From positions 512,001-576,000 of the forward strand of contig OY764159.1 in assembly GCA_963668175.1 (NCBI GenBank): DNA of 64,000 nt, read 5' to 3'. The stretch comes from Syntrophales bacterium. Lineage in GTDB: Bacteria > Desulfobacterota > Syntrophia > Syntrophales > PHBD01. Made by a program: the position numbers and the translations under genes. Positions within the stretch are counted from its first letter, which is position 1. The number at the start of each line of letters is the position of its first letter. The notes beneath the pieces were generated by a model. The model was not told where the DNA came from. It searched no databases and saw only the letters and a list, made by a program, of their open reading frames with translations. This document shows positions 37,986 to 50,707 of this stretch, one piece after another.

Positions 37986-39641
37986 ATGTCAACCTTTTAC
38001 ATGCATAAAGATTCCACGAAATCGGAAAGCTCCGTCAATCTGTCTTACAAGAGAGTATTGGTCGTAGAGGATTTCTTCAGCTTTCGCCTGACGTTGAAGA
38101 ACATGCTCCGATCCTTCAATATCACCGATATCGATGAAGCGGCCAGCGGAGAGGAGGCCATCCGGAAAATCGCCGTCCGACGTTACGATATCATCCTGTG
38201 TGATTACAACCTGGGGCCAGGAAAGGACGGGCAGCAGGTCCTGGAAGAAGCCAAGCACCGTGAATACATCAATTATACGACGATCTTTATGATGGTAACG
38301 GCGGAAAACACCCTGGATATGTTCATGGGAGCATTGGAATACCAGCCGGACCATTATTTGATGAAACCTTTCACCAAGGACGTCCTGGAAAAGAAGATCG
38401 TCGATTTGATCCGCAAGAAAGAGAATCTCAAGGACATCGACCAAGCCATCGAAAAGAGGGATCACTCCACGGTTGTGAAACTCTGCGAGGAACTGATCGA
38501 AAAAAACGTAAAAAATCTCTCCGAACTGCTCAAACTCAAGGGCGAGTTTCTCATCAAGGCGGAACGTTATCAGGAAGCGGAGGCCTTCTACACCAAGGTC
38601 CTGGGTATGGGAAATCTTCCCTGGGCTTCCCTGGGCTTGGGGCGGGTCAAATTCGATACCGGTCACTACGAAGAATCGAAAAATATCTTCGAGAAGATCA
38701 TCGCCAAAAACAATAAATTAATGCCGGCGTATGACTGGCTGGCTAAAGCCCATGAAAAAATGGGGCAGTTCCAGGAAGCTCAGCAGATTTTGATGCAGGC
38801 CACGGAGCTCTCCCCCCGGGCCATTCTCCGTCAAAAGGCCCTCGGCAACCTGGCGTATGTCAATAACGATCTCGCAACCGCTGAAAAGGCATTCAAAGAG
38901 ACGATCAAGCAAGGCAAGTACTCCTATTTCAAGAGCCCGACCGATTACACGACGCTGGCCAAGGTCTTGACAGACAAAGGAGTAGGCGAAGACGGCATCA
39001 AGGTTTTGAGCGAGGCTCAGAAGGAATTTCCCGACAGCCCCGAGGCGGCGATGCAGATCGCCCTGGTGGAATGCTTCACGTACAGCACGATGAACAAACA
39101 GGCGGAAGCGGCCGCCGCCGCCAAGAAGGCATTAGACGCTTCACTGGCGTTTGAAGGACGGCTCCCTTCGGAAATGGAACTGGACATGGCCAAGGCCTTT
39201 TTCCTGACGGGCGATTCGACGAAAGGCACCGATCTTGTCCGCCGGATCGTACAAAGTAATCACGAAGATCACGAGAAGATCGGCCAGGTGCAAAAAATGT
39301 TCAAAGATCTCCATATGGAATCGCAGGGAGACGAGATCGTCTCCATCGCTCGCGACGAGATCATCTCCTTGAACAACGAAGGCGTGCGTCTCGTCCGGGA
39401 AGGCAATCTCCATCAGGCCATCGACTACTTCAGACGGGCTGCCCATAAACTTCCCGAAAACAAGATCATCAATGCCAATGCCGCCCAGGCCCTCATCCTC
39501 TACATGAAAAAATTCGGCGAAAAAGAACGGCTTCTGGAAAGCGTAAAGCAGTATCTGGACCGGGTCAGCGAAATCGACCCGTCGTACCGCGATCTCGCCA
39601 GGCTCACTGAGATGTACCATGAACTTCTGGGGCAAGGATAA
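37986..39641 (+). CDS. Response regulator with TPR output
   Basis: VVED, CDYNLG, VTA, KPF receiver motifs plus TPR repeats. Confidence 0.9.
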   Translation: MSTFYMHKDSTKSESSVNLSYKRVLVVEDFFSFRLTLKNMLRSFNITDIDEAASGEEAIRKIAVRRYDIILCDYNLGPGKDGQQVLEEAKHREYINYTTIFMMVTAENTLDMFMGALEYQPDHYLMKPFTKDVLEKKIVDLIRKKENLKDIDQAIEKRDHSTVVKLCEELIEKNVKNLSELLKLKGEFLIKAERYQEAEAFYTKVLGMGNLPWASLGLGRVKFDTGHYEESKNIFEKIIAKNNKLMPAYDWLAKAHEKMGQFQEAQQILMQATELSPRAILRQKALGNLAYVNNDLATAEKAFKETIKQGKYSYFKSPTDYTTLAKVLTDKGVGEDGIKVLSEAQKEFPDSPEAAMQIALVECFTYSTMNKQAEAAAAAKKALDASLAFEGRLPSEMELDMAKAFFLTGDSTKGTDLVRRIVQSNHEDHEKIGQVQKMFKDLHMESQGDEIVSIARDEIISLNNEGVRLVREGNLHQAIDYFRRAAHKLPENKIINANAAQALILYMKKFGEKERLLESVKQYLDRVSEIDPSYRDLARLTEMYHELLGQG

Positions 39642-39643
39642 CT

Positions 39644-40339
39644 ATGGCTGCCAAAATTGAATTTGCGGATGTTCTCGCGTCGACCCTCCATGATACAAAA
39701 AATTCTCTGGGCATGCTGTTCAACACGATGGAGAGACTGATCGGCCAATGTCAGGACCAGCCCTGCGGTCTGTATCACGAATTCTATATGCTCCAGTACG
39801 AGATCAAGCGTCTCAATCACAGCCTCATCAGATTGCTGACGCTCTACAAAGCCGAAAAAGCTCAGCTTGCAATAGATATCGATTATCACTCGGTCTATGA
39901 GTTCATCGACGACATCATCCTGCAAAATCAGCCTATCTTGAACTCGCGGGGAATCGACATCGAACTGGAATGTCCCGACACCCTCTTTAAGGCTTTCGAC
40001 AGGACACTGGTTGCAGGGGTCCTCGACAACGTTCTCAACAACGCTTTCCGTTATACCAAGGACAAGTTGAGGGTTTTCGCCAGAGAAAGCGACGGCTATC
40101 TGGCATTGAGCGTTGAAGACAACGGCCCCGGTTACCCCGAAGCTATGATCGTGCACGACAGCCGTGAAGCCGATCCAACCAAGAAAACCGTCGATTTCGA
40201 ATCGGGCAGCACCGGCCTCGGGCTTTATTTCTCCATGCTTATCGCCCATTCGCACCGTAACAATGACCTTGAAGGCTACATCTCCATGGTCAACGGCGGT
40301 ACATACGGCGGCGGCGTCTTTACCATCTTTCTGCCGTAG
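39644..40339 (+). CDS. Sensor-less histidine kinase
   Basis: HDTKNSL, NAFRY, DNGPG, GLGL; no sensor or TM region. Confidence 0.9.
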   Translation: MAAKIEFADVLASTLHDTKNSLGMLFNTMERLIGQCQDQPCGLYHEFYMLQYEIKRLNHSLIRLLTLYKAEKAQLAIDIDYHSVYEFIDDIILQNQPILNSRGIDIELECPDTLFKAFDRTLVAGVLDNVLNNAFRYTKDKLRVFARESDGYLALSVEDNGPGYPEAMIVHDSREADPTKKTVDFESGSTGLGLYFSMLIAHSHRNNDLEGYISMVNGGTYGGGVFTIFLP

Positions 40340-40387
40340 CCGCCGGCATTCCGCCCCATCCCGGGATGGCCCGGTTTATTGCAACGG

Positions 40388-41833
40388 TCAGCCCTTGATG
40401 CACCCCATGGCCTTCAGTCTCGCCACTTTCTTCGAGATGCCGGCGCAATGGGCAACCTCAACGACTTGATCCAGGTCCTTGTAAGCCTCAGGCATTTCTT
40501 CATGCAGGGTCCCCCGGCTGCTTGCCATGACGAGAATTCCGCGTTCCGCCAGTTCCCGGGCAATGGACCTGCCCCTGCCCGCTTTTATGGCCTTGCTCCT
40601 GCTCATGACCCTGCCGGCCCCGTGGCACGTACTGCCGAACGTGTCGGTGAACGCTTTATCCGTGCCCGTCAGGACGTAAGAACCGGATCCCATGTCGCCG
40701 GGAATTAATACCGGTTGACCGGTCTCCCGGTAACGGTCCGGCAAGGCCGGATGTCCCGGCGGAAAGGCCCTGGTGGCCCCCTTGCGATGGACGCAGAGAT
40801 CAACCTCCCGGTTGTCGAGAGGAAACGTCTCTATCTTGGCAATGTTATGGCATACATCATACAAAAGACGCATCTTCAGTGCAGACGGCCCTTTCCGTAG
40901 CGTCTTTTCAAAGATATCCCTGGTCCAGTGCATCAAGAGCTGCCGGTTGGCCCAGGCATAGTTCGCGGCACAGGCCATAGCCGCCATATAATCCCGTCCT
41001 TCCTTTGAGTCTATCCAGGCGCAGGCCAGCTGCCGGTCAGGAAGGGCAAAGCCCAGGCCTCCAACCTTCTTCATCATGGCCGCCAGATAATCGTCGCAGA
41101 TCTGGTATCCCAGGCCGCGGGACCCGCTATGAATGAGAACGGCGACCTGTCCTTTTTCCAAACCGAAAGCGGCGGCGGCGCGCTCGTCGTATATCTCCTC
41201 GACCGCTTCAATCTCCAGAAAATGGTTCCCTGAACCGAGGGTGCCCAATTGCTGTTTTCCCCTTTCCATGGCCCGGTCGCTGACGTGATCGGGGTCTGCA
41301 TGGGTCATGCATCCTCCGTCTTCCGTGGTTTCCAGGTCGGATGACAGACCATATCCCCTGTTGACGGCCCATACGGAGCCCTCCCGGAGAACGGCCTTCT
41401 CTTCCTTCTCGGTCAGTTTGAGACTCCCCTTGGATCCGACACCGGACGGAATTGCTTGAAAAAGCGCGACGATCAGTTCCCGGAGGATGGGTTGAATTTC
41501 ATCTTGATGCAAGGATGTCGTCATCAGGCGGCAACCGCAGTTGATATCATATCCGACACCTCCCGGGGAGACGACCCCCTGCTTAAGATCGAACGCCGCC
41601 ACTCCGCCGATGGGGAAGCCGTAGCCCCAATGCATATCCGGCATGGCAAGGGCGTACTTGACGATGCCCGGCAGTTGGGCCACATTGGCTACCTGTTTCG
41701 GGCTCTCGTCTGCACCGATGTCCTTCATCAGGCGCTCGCTGGCATAGACGAGACCCGGCACCCTCATCCCGCCCCGGGCCGGAATTCTCCACCGATATTC
41801 GTCCAACCGTTCCAGGCATATATCAGACGTCAC
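40388..41833 (-). CDS. rtcB: RNA ligase RtcB
   Basis: MPDMHWGYGFPIGG, GYDINCG, GTLGSGNHF, HRKGATRA, HGAGR. Confidence 0.96.
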   Translation of the reverse strand: MTSDICLERLDEYRWRIPARGGMRVPGLVYASERLMKDIGADESPKQVANVAQLPGIVKYALAMPDMHWGYGFPIGGVAAFDLKQGVVSPGGVGYDINCGCRLMTTSLHQDEIQPILRELIVALFQAIPSGVGSKGSLKLTEKEEKAVLREGSVWAVNRGYGLSSDLETTEDGGCMTHADPDHVSDRAMERGKQQLGTLGSGNHFLEIEAVEEIYDERAAAAFGLEKGQVAVLIHSGSRGLGYQICDDYLAAMMKKVGGLGFALPDRQLACAWIDSKEGRDYMAAMACAANYAWANRQLLMHWTRDIFEKTLRKGPSALKMRLLYDVCHNIAKIETFPLDNREVDLCVHRKGATRAFPPGHPALPDRYRETGQPVLIPGDMGSGSYVLTGTDKAFTDTFGSTCHGAGRVMSRSKAIKAGRGRSIARELAERGILVMASSRGTLHEEMPEAYKDLDQVVEVAHCAGISKKVARLKAMGCIKG

Positions 41834-42245
41834 AAATCACCCTCCCTTTCCAGCCGGTGGCGGTCTCCAAAATGGCAGCCTGGTGGTATGTAACGGCCTT
41901 GATCTCCGTTGCAACCGCATGCCGGGATGGATCGAAACCCTCACCGCCGACAACCGCCGTCACAACATAGGGTTTTATGGCATCGATGCGGCAGCTCTGT
42001 ACGAGCCATCCTTCGCCGTTAAAGAGGTACAGTATCTCCCGGAGAAAATTCACCAGCAGGTCCGCCCAGTCCGCACCCTCTGCGTGAATCCTTCGTTCCT
42101 CACGCTCATCAACGTGCCGCATGTCGCACATGACATCGTACAGGGCAAACGAGGCGTTGGCGAACAATTGATCAATGGTTCTGCCGTAGACCTCGATACC
42201 AAGGTCGGCCGTATGGTCGAAAATCCGGTATTTTTTCATACGCAC
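41823..42245 (-). CDS. Archease
   Basis: DHTADLG, EIKAVTYH, C-terminal DV. Confidence 0.94.
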   Translation of the reverse strand: MRMKKYRIFDHTADLGIEVYGRTIDQLFANASFALYDVMCDMRHVDEREERRIHAEGADWADLLVNFLREILYLFNGEGWLVQSCRIDAIKPYVVTAVVGGEGFDPSRHAVATEIKAVTYHQAAILETATGWKGRVICDV

Positions 42246-42378
42246 ATTTCCGCGAATGTATCTTATGGATATCCGGTGAAAAAATGACGGCGCGCCGCAC
42301 AGAATTCATTTTCTCGCCCCGGAAACCCGGAATGCGACGCACAACCGCAAGGGATAGAGGCCATGATGGCCGGTATTC

Positions 42379-42915
42379 TCAATAGAAAAGCCAGATGGCA
42401 TCCAGGAAGAAAAAAATCCACCCGGAAACCGAGGCCAGGCCGAAGTAGAAAAGCGACTTCTTCTTGGTCAAGACCGAGATTGACGACAGCATGATGGCAA
42501 TCTGCAGAAATATCAGCCCGTAGCTGTAATTACCGGCCCGGTGTTGGGCCTCTTCCTTATCCTTGGCCAGCTTCTCGGCCTTGGCTTTAATGTCGTCCTT
42601 CTCCTGTTCGTAACGTTTGATCTTGGCATCATAATCGCGGATGGTTTTCTGATAACGGGCCAGCGCTTCCCCGCTTATTTTACCCTTCCCGGCCGCGGTT
42701 TCCAATTCCATATTCTGTTTCTGAACTTCATAGAGATAGGATTTGATGCTCTTCGCCTGGTAGAAGGCCCATTGATCCGTTTCCTGGGCCTGCGACAGGA
42801 TCGTTCGCGATGAATACTTTCCCACGTATAATGTCGTAACCGCCGCAAATACGGCCAGGATGGCCGTTGTCAATGCAACCCACGACGTCCAGGTGTCCTT
42901 CTTTTCTTCCGCCAT
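42379..42915 (-). CDS. DUF4337-family membrane protein
   Basis: VALTTAILAV, DQWAFYQAKSIK, LQIAIMLSS. Confidence 0.8.
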   Translation of the reverse strand: MAEEKKDTWTSWVALTTAILAVFAAVTTLYVGKYSSRTILSQAQETDQWAFYQAKSIKSYLYEVQKQNMELETAAGKGKISGEALARYQKTIRDYDAKIKRYEQEKDDIKAKAEKLAKDKEEAQHRAGNYSYGLIFLQIAIMLSSISVLTKKKSLFYFGLASVSGWIFFFLDAIWLFY

Positions 42916-42947
42916 ATGTTGTTCGTCCTATTCCCGATGTTCTGACG

Positions 42948-45452
42948 CTATTCCTCGTTATTTTCTTCCGTCCCGTTGCCATTCAGGCCTTCATCCGACA
43001 GGGTCATGTCGTCCTTGTCGTCCGATTCTTTCTCCGCCCGGGCCACGCCCACCAGCTTTTCGTCTTCCTGCAGTTCGATCAGCTTGACCCCCTGGGTGCT
43101 GCGGTGGATAAGGGGGACTTCCGCCAGCTTGAACCGGATAATATTGCCCGAGCTGCTGATCATGATGATATCCTCATCGCCGCTGACCTGCAGGATACCG
43201 GAAACCCACCCCACTTTCGCGACGGTCTTCAGATTAATCGTACCCTTGCCTCCCCGGCTTTGGAGACGGTATTCGGCAATGCTCGTCCTCTTTCCGTATC
43301 CTTTTTCGGATATCGTCAGGAGCGTACATCCCTCCGCGGGGATCTCCATGCCGACGACGGCGTCGTCATCATCCATCATAATTCCCCTGACGCCCCGGGA
43401 CGTCCGGCCTGTTTCTCTGACCTCCGATTCCTTAAAACGGATTGACTTGCCTTTTCTGGTGCCCAAGAAGACATCCTGGTCGCCCTGTGTCAGTTGAACA
43501 TCGATCAATTCGTCGCCGTCGTCGACGCTGATGGCGATGATCCCGGTAGATCGCGGATTCGAGTACGCCTCGATACCCGTCTTCTTGATCGTGCCCTTCC
43601 GGGTGACCATGACCACTGACTTGCCGTCTTCGAACGACCGGACGGGCAGGATGGCGGCCAGTCTCTCTCCGTTCACCATGTTGACAAGGTTGATGATGGC
43701 CTTCCCCTTGGCCGTTCTTCCGGCCTGTGGAATCTGGTAGACCTTCAACCAGTACAACCGTCCCTTGTTCGTAAAAATCAGGATATATTGATGCGTGTTG
43801 GCAATAAAGATTTTCTCGACAAAATCCTCTTCCTTCGTGCCCATGCCCAGCTTACCCTTGCCTCCCCGCCGCTGGCTTTTGTAAAGGCTGACCGGATTGC
43901 GTTTGACATAACCCGAATGGGAAACGGTGACGACCATGTCTTCTTCGACAATCATGTCTTCGATATTGATATCTTCCGAATTCAACACGATCTCCGTCCT
44001 GCGCTCATCGCCGTAGCGGGATTTGATATCTTCGAGTTCCGTAATGATCACCGCATCTACTTTCTGCGGATCATCGAGAATACCCTGCAACTCTATTATT
44101 TGGAGCGATATTTCACGATATTCATCGTCGATTTTCTCCCGTTCCAGGCCTGTTAATCTTTGCAACCTCATTTCTAGGATGGCCTTGGCCTGGACTTCGG
44201 AAAGGCCGAATGTTGTACATAGCACCGATGCGGCTTCCTGTGGATTGGCCGCTCGTTTGATTTCCGCAATGACGGCATCGATGTTGTTGAGGGCAATGAT
44301 GAGGCCTTCCAGAATATGGGCTCTTTCCTTGACTTTGTTCAAGTCAAAGATCGTCCGGCGGACCACCACCTGCCTCCGGAATTGCAGGAATCCCTGTAGG
44401 ATTTCCTTCAGATTGAAGACACGGGGTTGTCCGTTGTCGATGGCGATCATGATGATGCCGAAACTGGTTTCCATCTGCGTGTGTTTATAAAGCTGGTTCA
44501 GGATGACGCTTGAGATCTCGTCACGTTTCAGATCGATGACGATGCGCATACCTTCCCGGTCCGACTCATCTCTCAGGTCGGAAATACCGGTAAGCTTTTT
44601 CTCTTTGACTAGCTCGGATATTTTTTCGATCAGGGATGACTTATTGACCTGGTACGGCAATTCCGTGATAATAATGCTTTCCCTGTCCGTCCGCGCATTC
44701 TTTTCAATGTTGGCCCTGGCCCGAACCCTGATAATTCCCCGTCCGGTTTTATAGGCAGATACGATACCATCGATACCGTTGATGAATCCCGCCGTCGGGA
44801 AATCCGGGCCCTTGATGTGCCTCATCAGGGCTTCGATCGTAATATCCGGGTTCTTGATCAGGGCTACCGTGCCGTTGATGACCTCAGTCAGGTTATGTGG
44901 AGGGATGTTTGTGGCGACACCGACGGCGATCCCGGCCGATCCGTTCAGAAGGATCAACGGGATGCGTGCAGGCAGCACCACCGGCTCTTCTGCGGATTCA
45001 TCATAAGTCGGGACAAAGTCAACCGTCTGCTTTTCCAGGTCGGCCAGGAGTTCCTCGGCAATTCGCGCCATCCGTACTTCGGTATAACGCTGAGCCGCCG
45101 GCGGGTCGCCGTCGATGGAGCCGAAGTTACCCTGGCCGTCAACAAGCATGTACCGCATGGCGAAATCCTGGGCCATCCGGACGATCGTATCATACGCGGC
45201 ACTTTCACCATGAGGATGATATTTACCGATGATATCGCCGACGATTCTCGCCGATTTTTTATGGGGTTTGTTCCAGCGGTTACCCAGCTCATGCATGGCA
45301 AAAAGGGCGCGGCGGTGTACCGGCTTTAATCCGTCCCGTACATCCGGGATCGCTCGGCCGATAATGACGCTCATGGCATAGTCCATGTAGGATTTGGTCA
45401 TCTCGTCTTCGATATTGATAGCAACATTTTTTTGGGGCACTTGCTGATCCAT
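42948..45452 (-). CDS. gyrA: DNA gyrase subunit A
   Basis: DGLKPVHRR, GKYHPHG, AAQRYTE, GyrA-box QRRGGKG. Confidence 0.98.
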   Translation of the reverse strand: MDQQVPQKNVAINIEDEMTKSYMDYAMSVIIGRAIPDVRDGLKPVHRRALFAMHELGNRWNKPHKKSARIVGDIIGKYHPHGESAAYDTIVRMAQDFAMRYMLVDGQGNFGSIDGDPPAAQRYTEVRMARIAEELLADLEKQTVDFVPTYDESAEEPVVLPARIPLILLNGSAGIAVGVATNIPPHNLTEVINGTVALIKNPDITIEALMRHIKGPDFPTAGFINGIDGIVSAYKTGRGIIRVRARANIEKNARTDRESIIITELPYQVNKSSLIEKISELVKEKKLTGISDLRDESDREGMRIVIDLKRDEISSVILNQLYKHTQMETSFGIIMIAIDNGQPRVFNLKEILQGFLQFRRQVVVRRTIFDLNKVKERAHILEGLIIALNNIDAVIAEIKRAANPQEAASVLCTTFGLSEVQAKAILEMRLQRLTGLEREKIDDEYREISLQIIELQGILDDPQKVDAVIITELEDIKSRYGDERRTEIVLNSEDINIEDMIVEEDMVVTVSHSGYVKRNPVSLYKSQRRGGKGKLGMGTKEEDFVEKIFIANTHQYILIFTNKGRLYWLKVYQIPQAGRTAKGKAIINLVNMVNGERLAAILPVRSFEDGKSVVMVTRKGTIKKTGIEAYSNPRSTGIIAISVDDGDELIDVQLTQGDQDVFLGTRKGKSIRFKESEVRETGRTSRGVRGIMMDDDDAVVGMEIPAEGCTLLTISEKGYGKRTSIAEYRLQSRGGKGTINLKTVAKVGWVSGILQVSGDEDIIMISSSGNIIRFKLAEVPLIHRSTQGVKLIELQEDEKLVGVARAEKESDDKDDMTLSDEGLNGNGTEENNEE

Positions 45453-45487
45453 GTGATTTAAACCTATTCTAAAATGATTATGGGATA

Positions 45488-47902
<2,415 letters not shown>

Positions 47903-48020
47903 TCACATATTAAAATACGGTAAACCTGGCCTATCCTTCAGCATGAATTCGTGAGATAAACGGCGGGATGATAAACGACATCGGCACCGATTTGAATTTC
48001 AAAAAGGATACAAAGCCGGC

Positions 48021-49139
48021 CTAATACTTAAGCGGCATAATAATACAATAATAGTCATTACTTGATGATGATTTCACCAATGCCGGTTTCTTCGCCCCTC
48101 CAATTTCCAAAACAATCTCTTTCGTATCGATGACCTCGATCGCATCGATCAAGAAATTGACATTATAGGCAATCTCAACCTCCTTGCCTTTGTACTGTAC
48201 ATCAATCTCGTCGTTCGCCTCGCCGACATCGGGATTGGTCGAATTCAGAACCATTCTGTCTTCAGCCAGTTTTACGATCACCCCTTGATAATTATCGCTG
48301 GAAATGACGCTCATTCTTCTTAAGGCATGGAGCACCTTATCCTTTTCAAAAACAATCTCCAGTCCTCTTTCGGACGGAATGACCCGTTTGTAGTCGGGAT
48401 AGTCGGCATCAATGAGACTGACTTTAAGCATGAGATGATCCGCCTTTATAATACACATCCCACCGTGAAGACCTATAGAAACGCTATTTTCCAGACCATC
48501 GATGTTTTTGCGGATCTCATTTAAACCCTTTTTAGGAACGATAACCCCTTTATCCATCCCGAAAAAATCCTGAATATCTACCACCGCGTCGGCCACCGCC
48601 ATGCGATGTCCGTCCGTTGCAACCATTCTCAGACTTTTTTTGTCACCTTCCCGGTTGGCTTCAAAAAAGACTCCCGTCAGATTCTTTCGCATAGGATCAT
48701 TGGATACGGCAAAAGATGTTTTACGGATCAAATCGGATAGTTTGACCGCATCGACACTGAAATACTGAACCCCTTGATCCGAAATAACCTCTGGGAATTC
48801 ATCTGCTTCCAATCCCTGGATTTTATAGATAGCCTTCTGGCAGGTCATGGTAATCATGTTCCGTTCGTTCATGGAAACATGAATATCGTCACCCTGCATT
48901 TCCCTGATCATCTCATGCAGCTTCCTTGAAGATACCGTGATTTTTCCCTCTTTGGCCACATCCGCCTCATATTCGGCTATAAGTCCGACTTCCAAGTCGG
49001 TTGCGCTGACGGTAATCTTACCTGCTTCAGCTTTAATCAGGACATTGTTCAGTATGGGAATGGTGGTCTTCTTTTCAACGATGCCGACCGTTTTTTGAAT
49101 CCCCCATAAAAAAGTGTCTCTTTTGATCTTGAATTCCAT
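48021..49139 (-). CDS. dnaN: DNA polymerase III beta clamp
   Basis: PILNNV, ATDLE, ATDGHR, YPDY, IMP; start placed at MEFK after the RBS. Confidence 0.96.
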   Translation of the reverse strand: MEFKIKRDTFLWGIQKTVGIVEKKTTIPILNNVLIKAEAGKITVSATDLEVGLIAEYEADVAKEGKITVSSRKLHEMIREMQGDDIHVSMNERNMITMTCQKAIYKIQGLEADEFPEVISDQGVQYFSVDAVKLSDLIRKTSFAVSNDPMRKNLTGVFFEANREGDKKSLRMVATDGHRMAVADAVVDIQDFFGMDKGVIVPKKGLNEIRKNIDGLENSVSIGLHGGMCIIKADHLMLKVSLIDADYPDYKRVIPSERGLEIVFEKDKVLHALRRMSVISSDNYQGVIVKLAEDRMVLNSTNPDVGEANDEIDVQYKGKEVEIAYNVNFLIDAIEVIDTKEIVLEIGGAKKPALVKSSSSNDYYCIIMPLKY

Positions 49140-49160
49140 CTTTGTCATCCTTTCATTCAA

Positions 49161-49295
49161 TGATCTTATTTTAAATATTATATAATCAACTAGATTTAGT
49201 AGTAGGGAGTGTTGATAAGTGCATAATTAAAATAACATGATTATAATTAATCACTTGACTACATTCATCCTGTTGATGGTCGATGGATTTTTATG
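49161..49295. other. oriC unwinding region (AT-rich tract, DnaA-trios, DnaA boxes)
   Basis: AT-rich run, then TAGATTTAGTAGTAG, GGAG, TGTTGATAA and an overlapping AGTGCATAA. Confidence 0.8.
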
Positions 49296-50648
49296 TTAAG
49301 ATTTGTTGATCAAGGCATTTTCGATCTCCTGAACGCACTTCTTCATTTTAACATCTTCATCAAGACCCTTCTTGATTTTGTTATAGGCGTAAATCACGGT
49401 GGAGTGGTCCCTGCCGCCGATCTTATCCCCAATATCCGGGTACGAGGTCGATGTCAGTTTCCTGGACAGGTACATGGCGACCTGTCGTGACAAAGAGATA
49501 TTTTTATTCTTCTTTTGTGATTTTATATCCGATATCTTAACCCCGTAGTGGCTGGCCACCGTTTTGATCACTTCATCAATCGTGATATTTTCCTTCTCAA
49601 CGTTTTTAAGAAATTTCTTCAACACTTCCTTCACCAGGTCCATATCGATGGGACGGTTGGTCACGGAAGAGTAAGCGCTGATTCTGACGAGAAAGCCTTC
49701 CAGTTCCCGAATGTTCGATTCCGCGTTCGAGGCAATATAATGGGCAACGTTTAAGGGAAGGATAATATTGTTTTCATGGGCTTTCTTTTCTAGAATAGCG
49801 ACCTTGGTTTCGATTTCCGGGGACTGGATGTCGGCAATTAGCCCCCATTCAAAACGCGATCGCAGCCTGTCCTCAAGATTGGGAATGTCCTTGGGAAATT
49901 TATCGCTGGTAACGACAATTTGCTTACCCGAGTCGTGCAGGGTGTTAAACGTATGAAAAAATTCTTCCTGGGTGCGTTCTTTGCCGGCAATAAACTGGAC
50001 ATCGTCTATCAACAAACAGTCTATCTTCCTGTATTTTTCCCTGAATTTCGGCATCTTGTCGTAACGGATGGCGTTGATCAACTCGTTCATGAACTCCTCT
50101 GCCGATACGTACAGTACGTTCAATTCAGGGAAGGTTGACTGGGTGAGAAGTCCGATGGCATTCAGAAGGTGCGTCTTGCCCAGACCGACATCGCTGTAAA
50201 TGAACAGAGGATTGTAATTCTTGGCCGGTTGTTCCGATACGGCAATCGATGCGGCATGGGCAAACTGGTTGGAAGGGCCTACGACGAAACGGTCAAAACT
50301 ATAATTCGGATTCAGCGACGGATGGGGCTGAACCCGCTGCCCTTTCTTCGGGAGAGACGTATCTTTCTTCTTCGCCGCCGCCTCTATGGAAAAAGGATTC
50401 TTTCCACTCTCCTGATTGATGACGAACGAGATATTCATTTCCACGTCCGTCACTTCGTATAGGCAGTTCTTGATCACCGTAAAGTAGTTGTCGACCACCC
50501 AATCCCGGAAAAACTTGTTGGGAACGGCTAATTGCACATTTCCCTCTTCTTTGGAAACGATCTTGATCGGAGTGATCCACGTTTCAAAGTTCTGCTGACT
50601 GACCTTTTCCTTGATCTTGCTGATCGTTTTTTCCCAAATAATATCCAA
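49296..50648 (-). CDS. dnaA: Chromosomal replication initiator DnaA (TTG start)
   Basis: YNPLFIY, GLGKTHL, IDDVQF, RSRFEWGL, GGRDHSTV. Confidence 0.98.
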   Translation of the reverse strand: MDIIWEKTISKIKEKVSQQNFETWITPIKIVSKEEGNVQLAVPNKFFRDWVVDNYFTVIKNCLYEVTDVEMNISFVINQESGKNPFSIEAAAKKKDTSLPKKGQRVQPHPSLNPNYSFDRFVVGPSNQFAHAASIAVSEQPAKNYNPLFIYSDVGLGKTHLLNAIGLLTQSTFPELNVLYVSAEEFMNELINAIRYDKMPKFREKYRKIDCLLIDDVQFIAGKERTQEEFFHTFNTLHDSGKQIVVTSDKFPKDIPNLEDRLRSRFEWGLIADIQSPEIETKVAILEKKAHENNIILPLNVAHYIASNAESNIRELEGFLVRISAYSSVTNRPIDMDLVKEVLKKFLKNVEKENITIDEVIKTVASHYGVKISDIKSQKKNKNISLSRQVAMYLSRKLTSTSYPDIGDKIGGRDHSTVIYAYNKIKKGLDEDVKMKKCVQEIENALINKS

Positions 50649-50660
50649 GCGTACCCTTCC

Positions 50661-50692
50661 TTATAAACAACCTTATAAACAGCTGTTGATAA
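50661..50692. promoter_or_regulatory. Three DnaA-box variants upstream of dnaA
   Basis: TTATAAACA (50661), TTATAAACA (50673), TGTTGATAA (50684). Confidence 0.7.
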
Positions 50693-50707
50693 AAATCGTG
50701 CAGTCTG

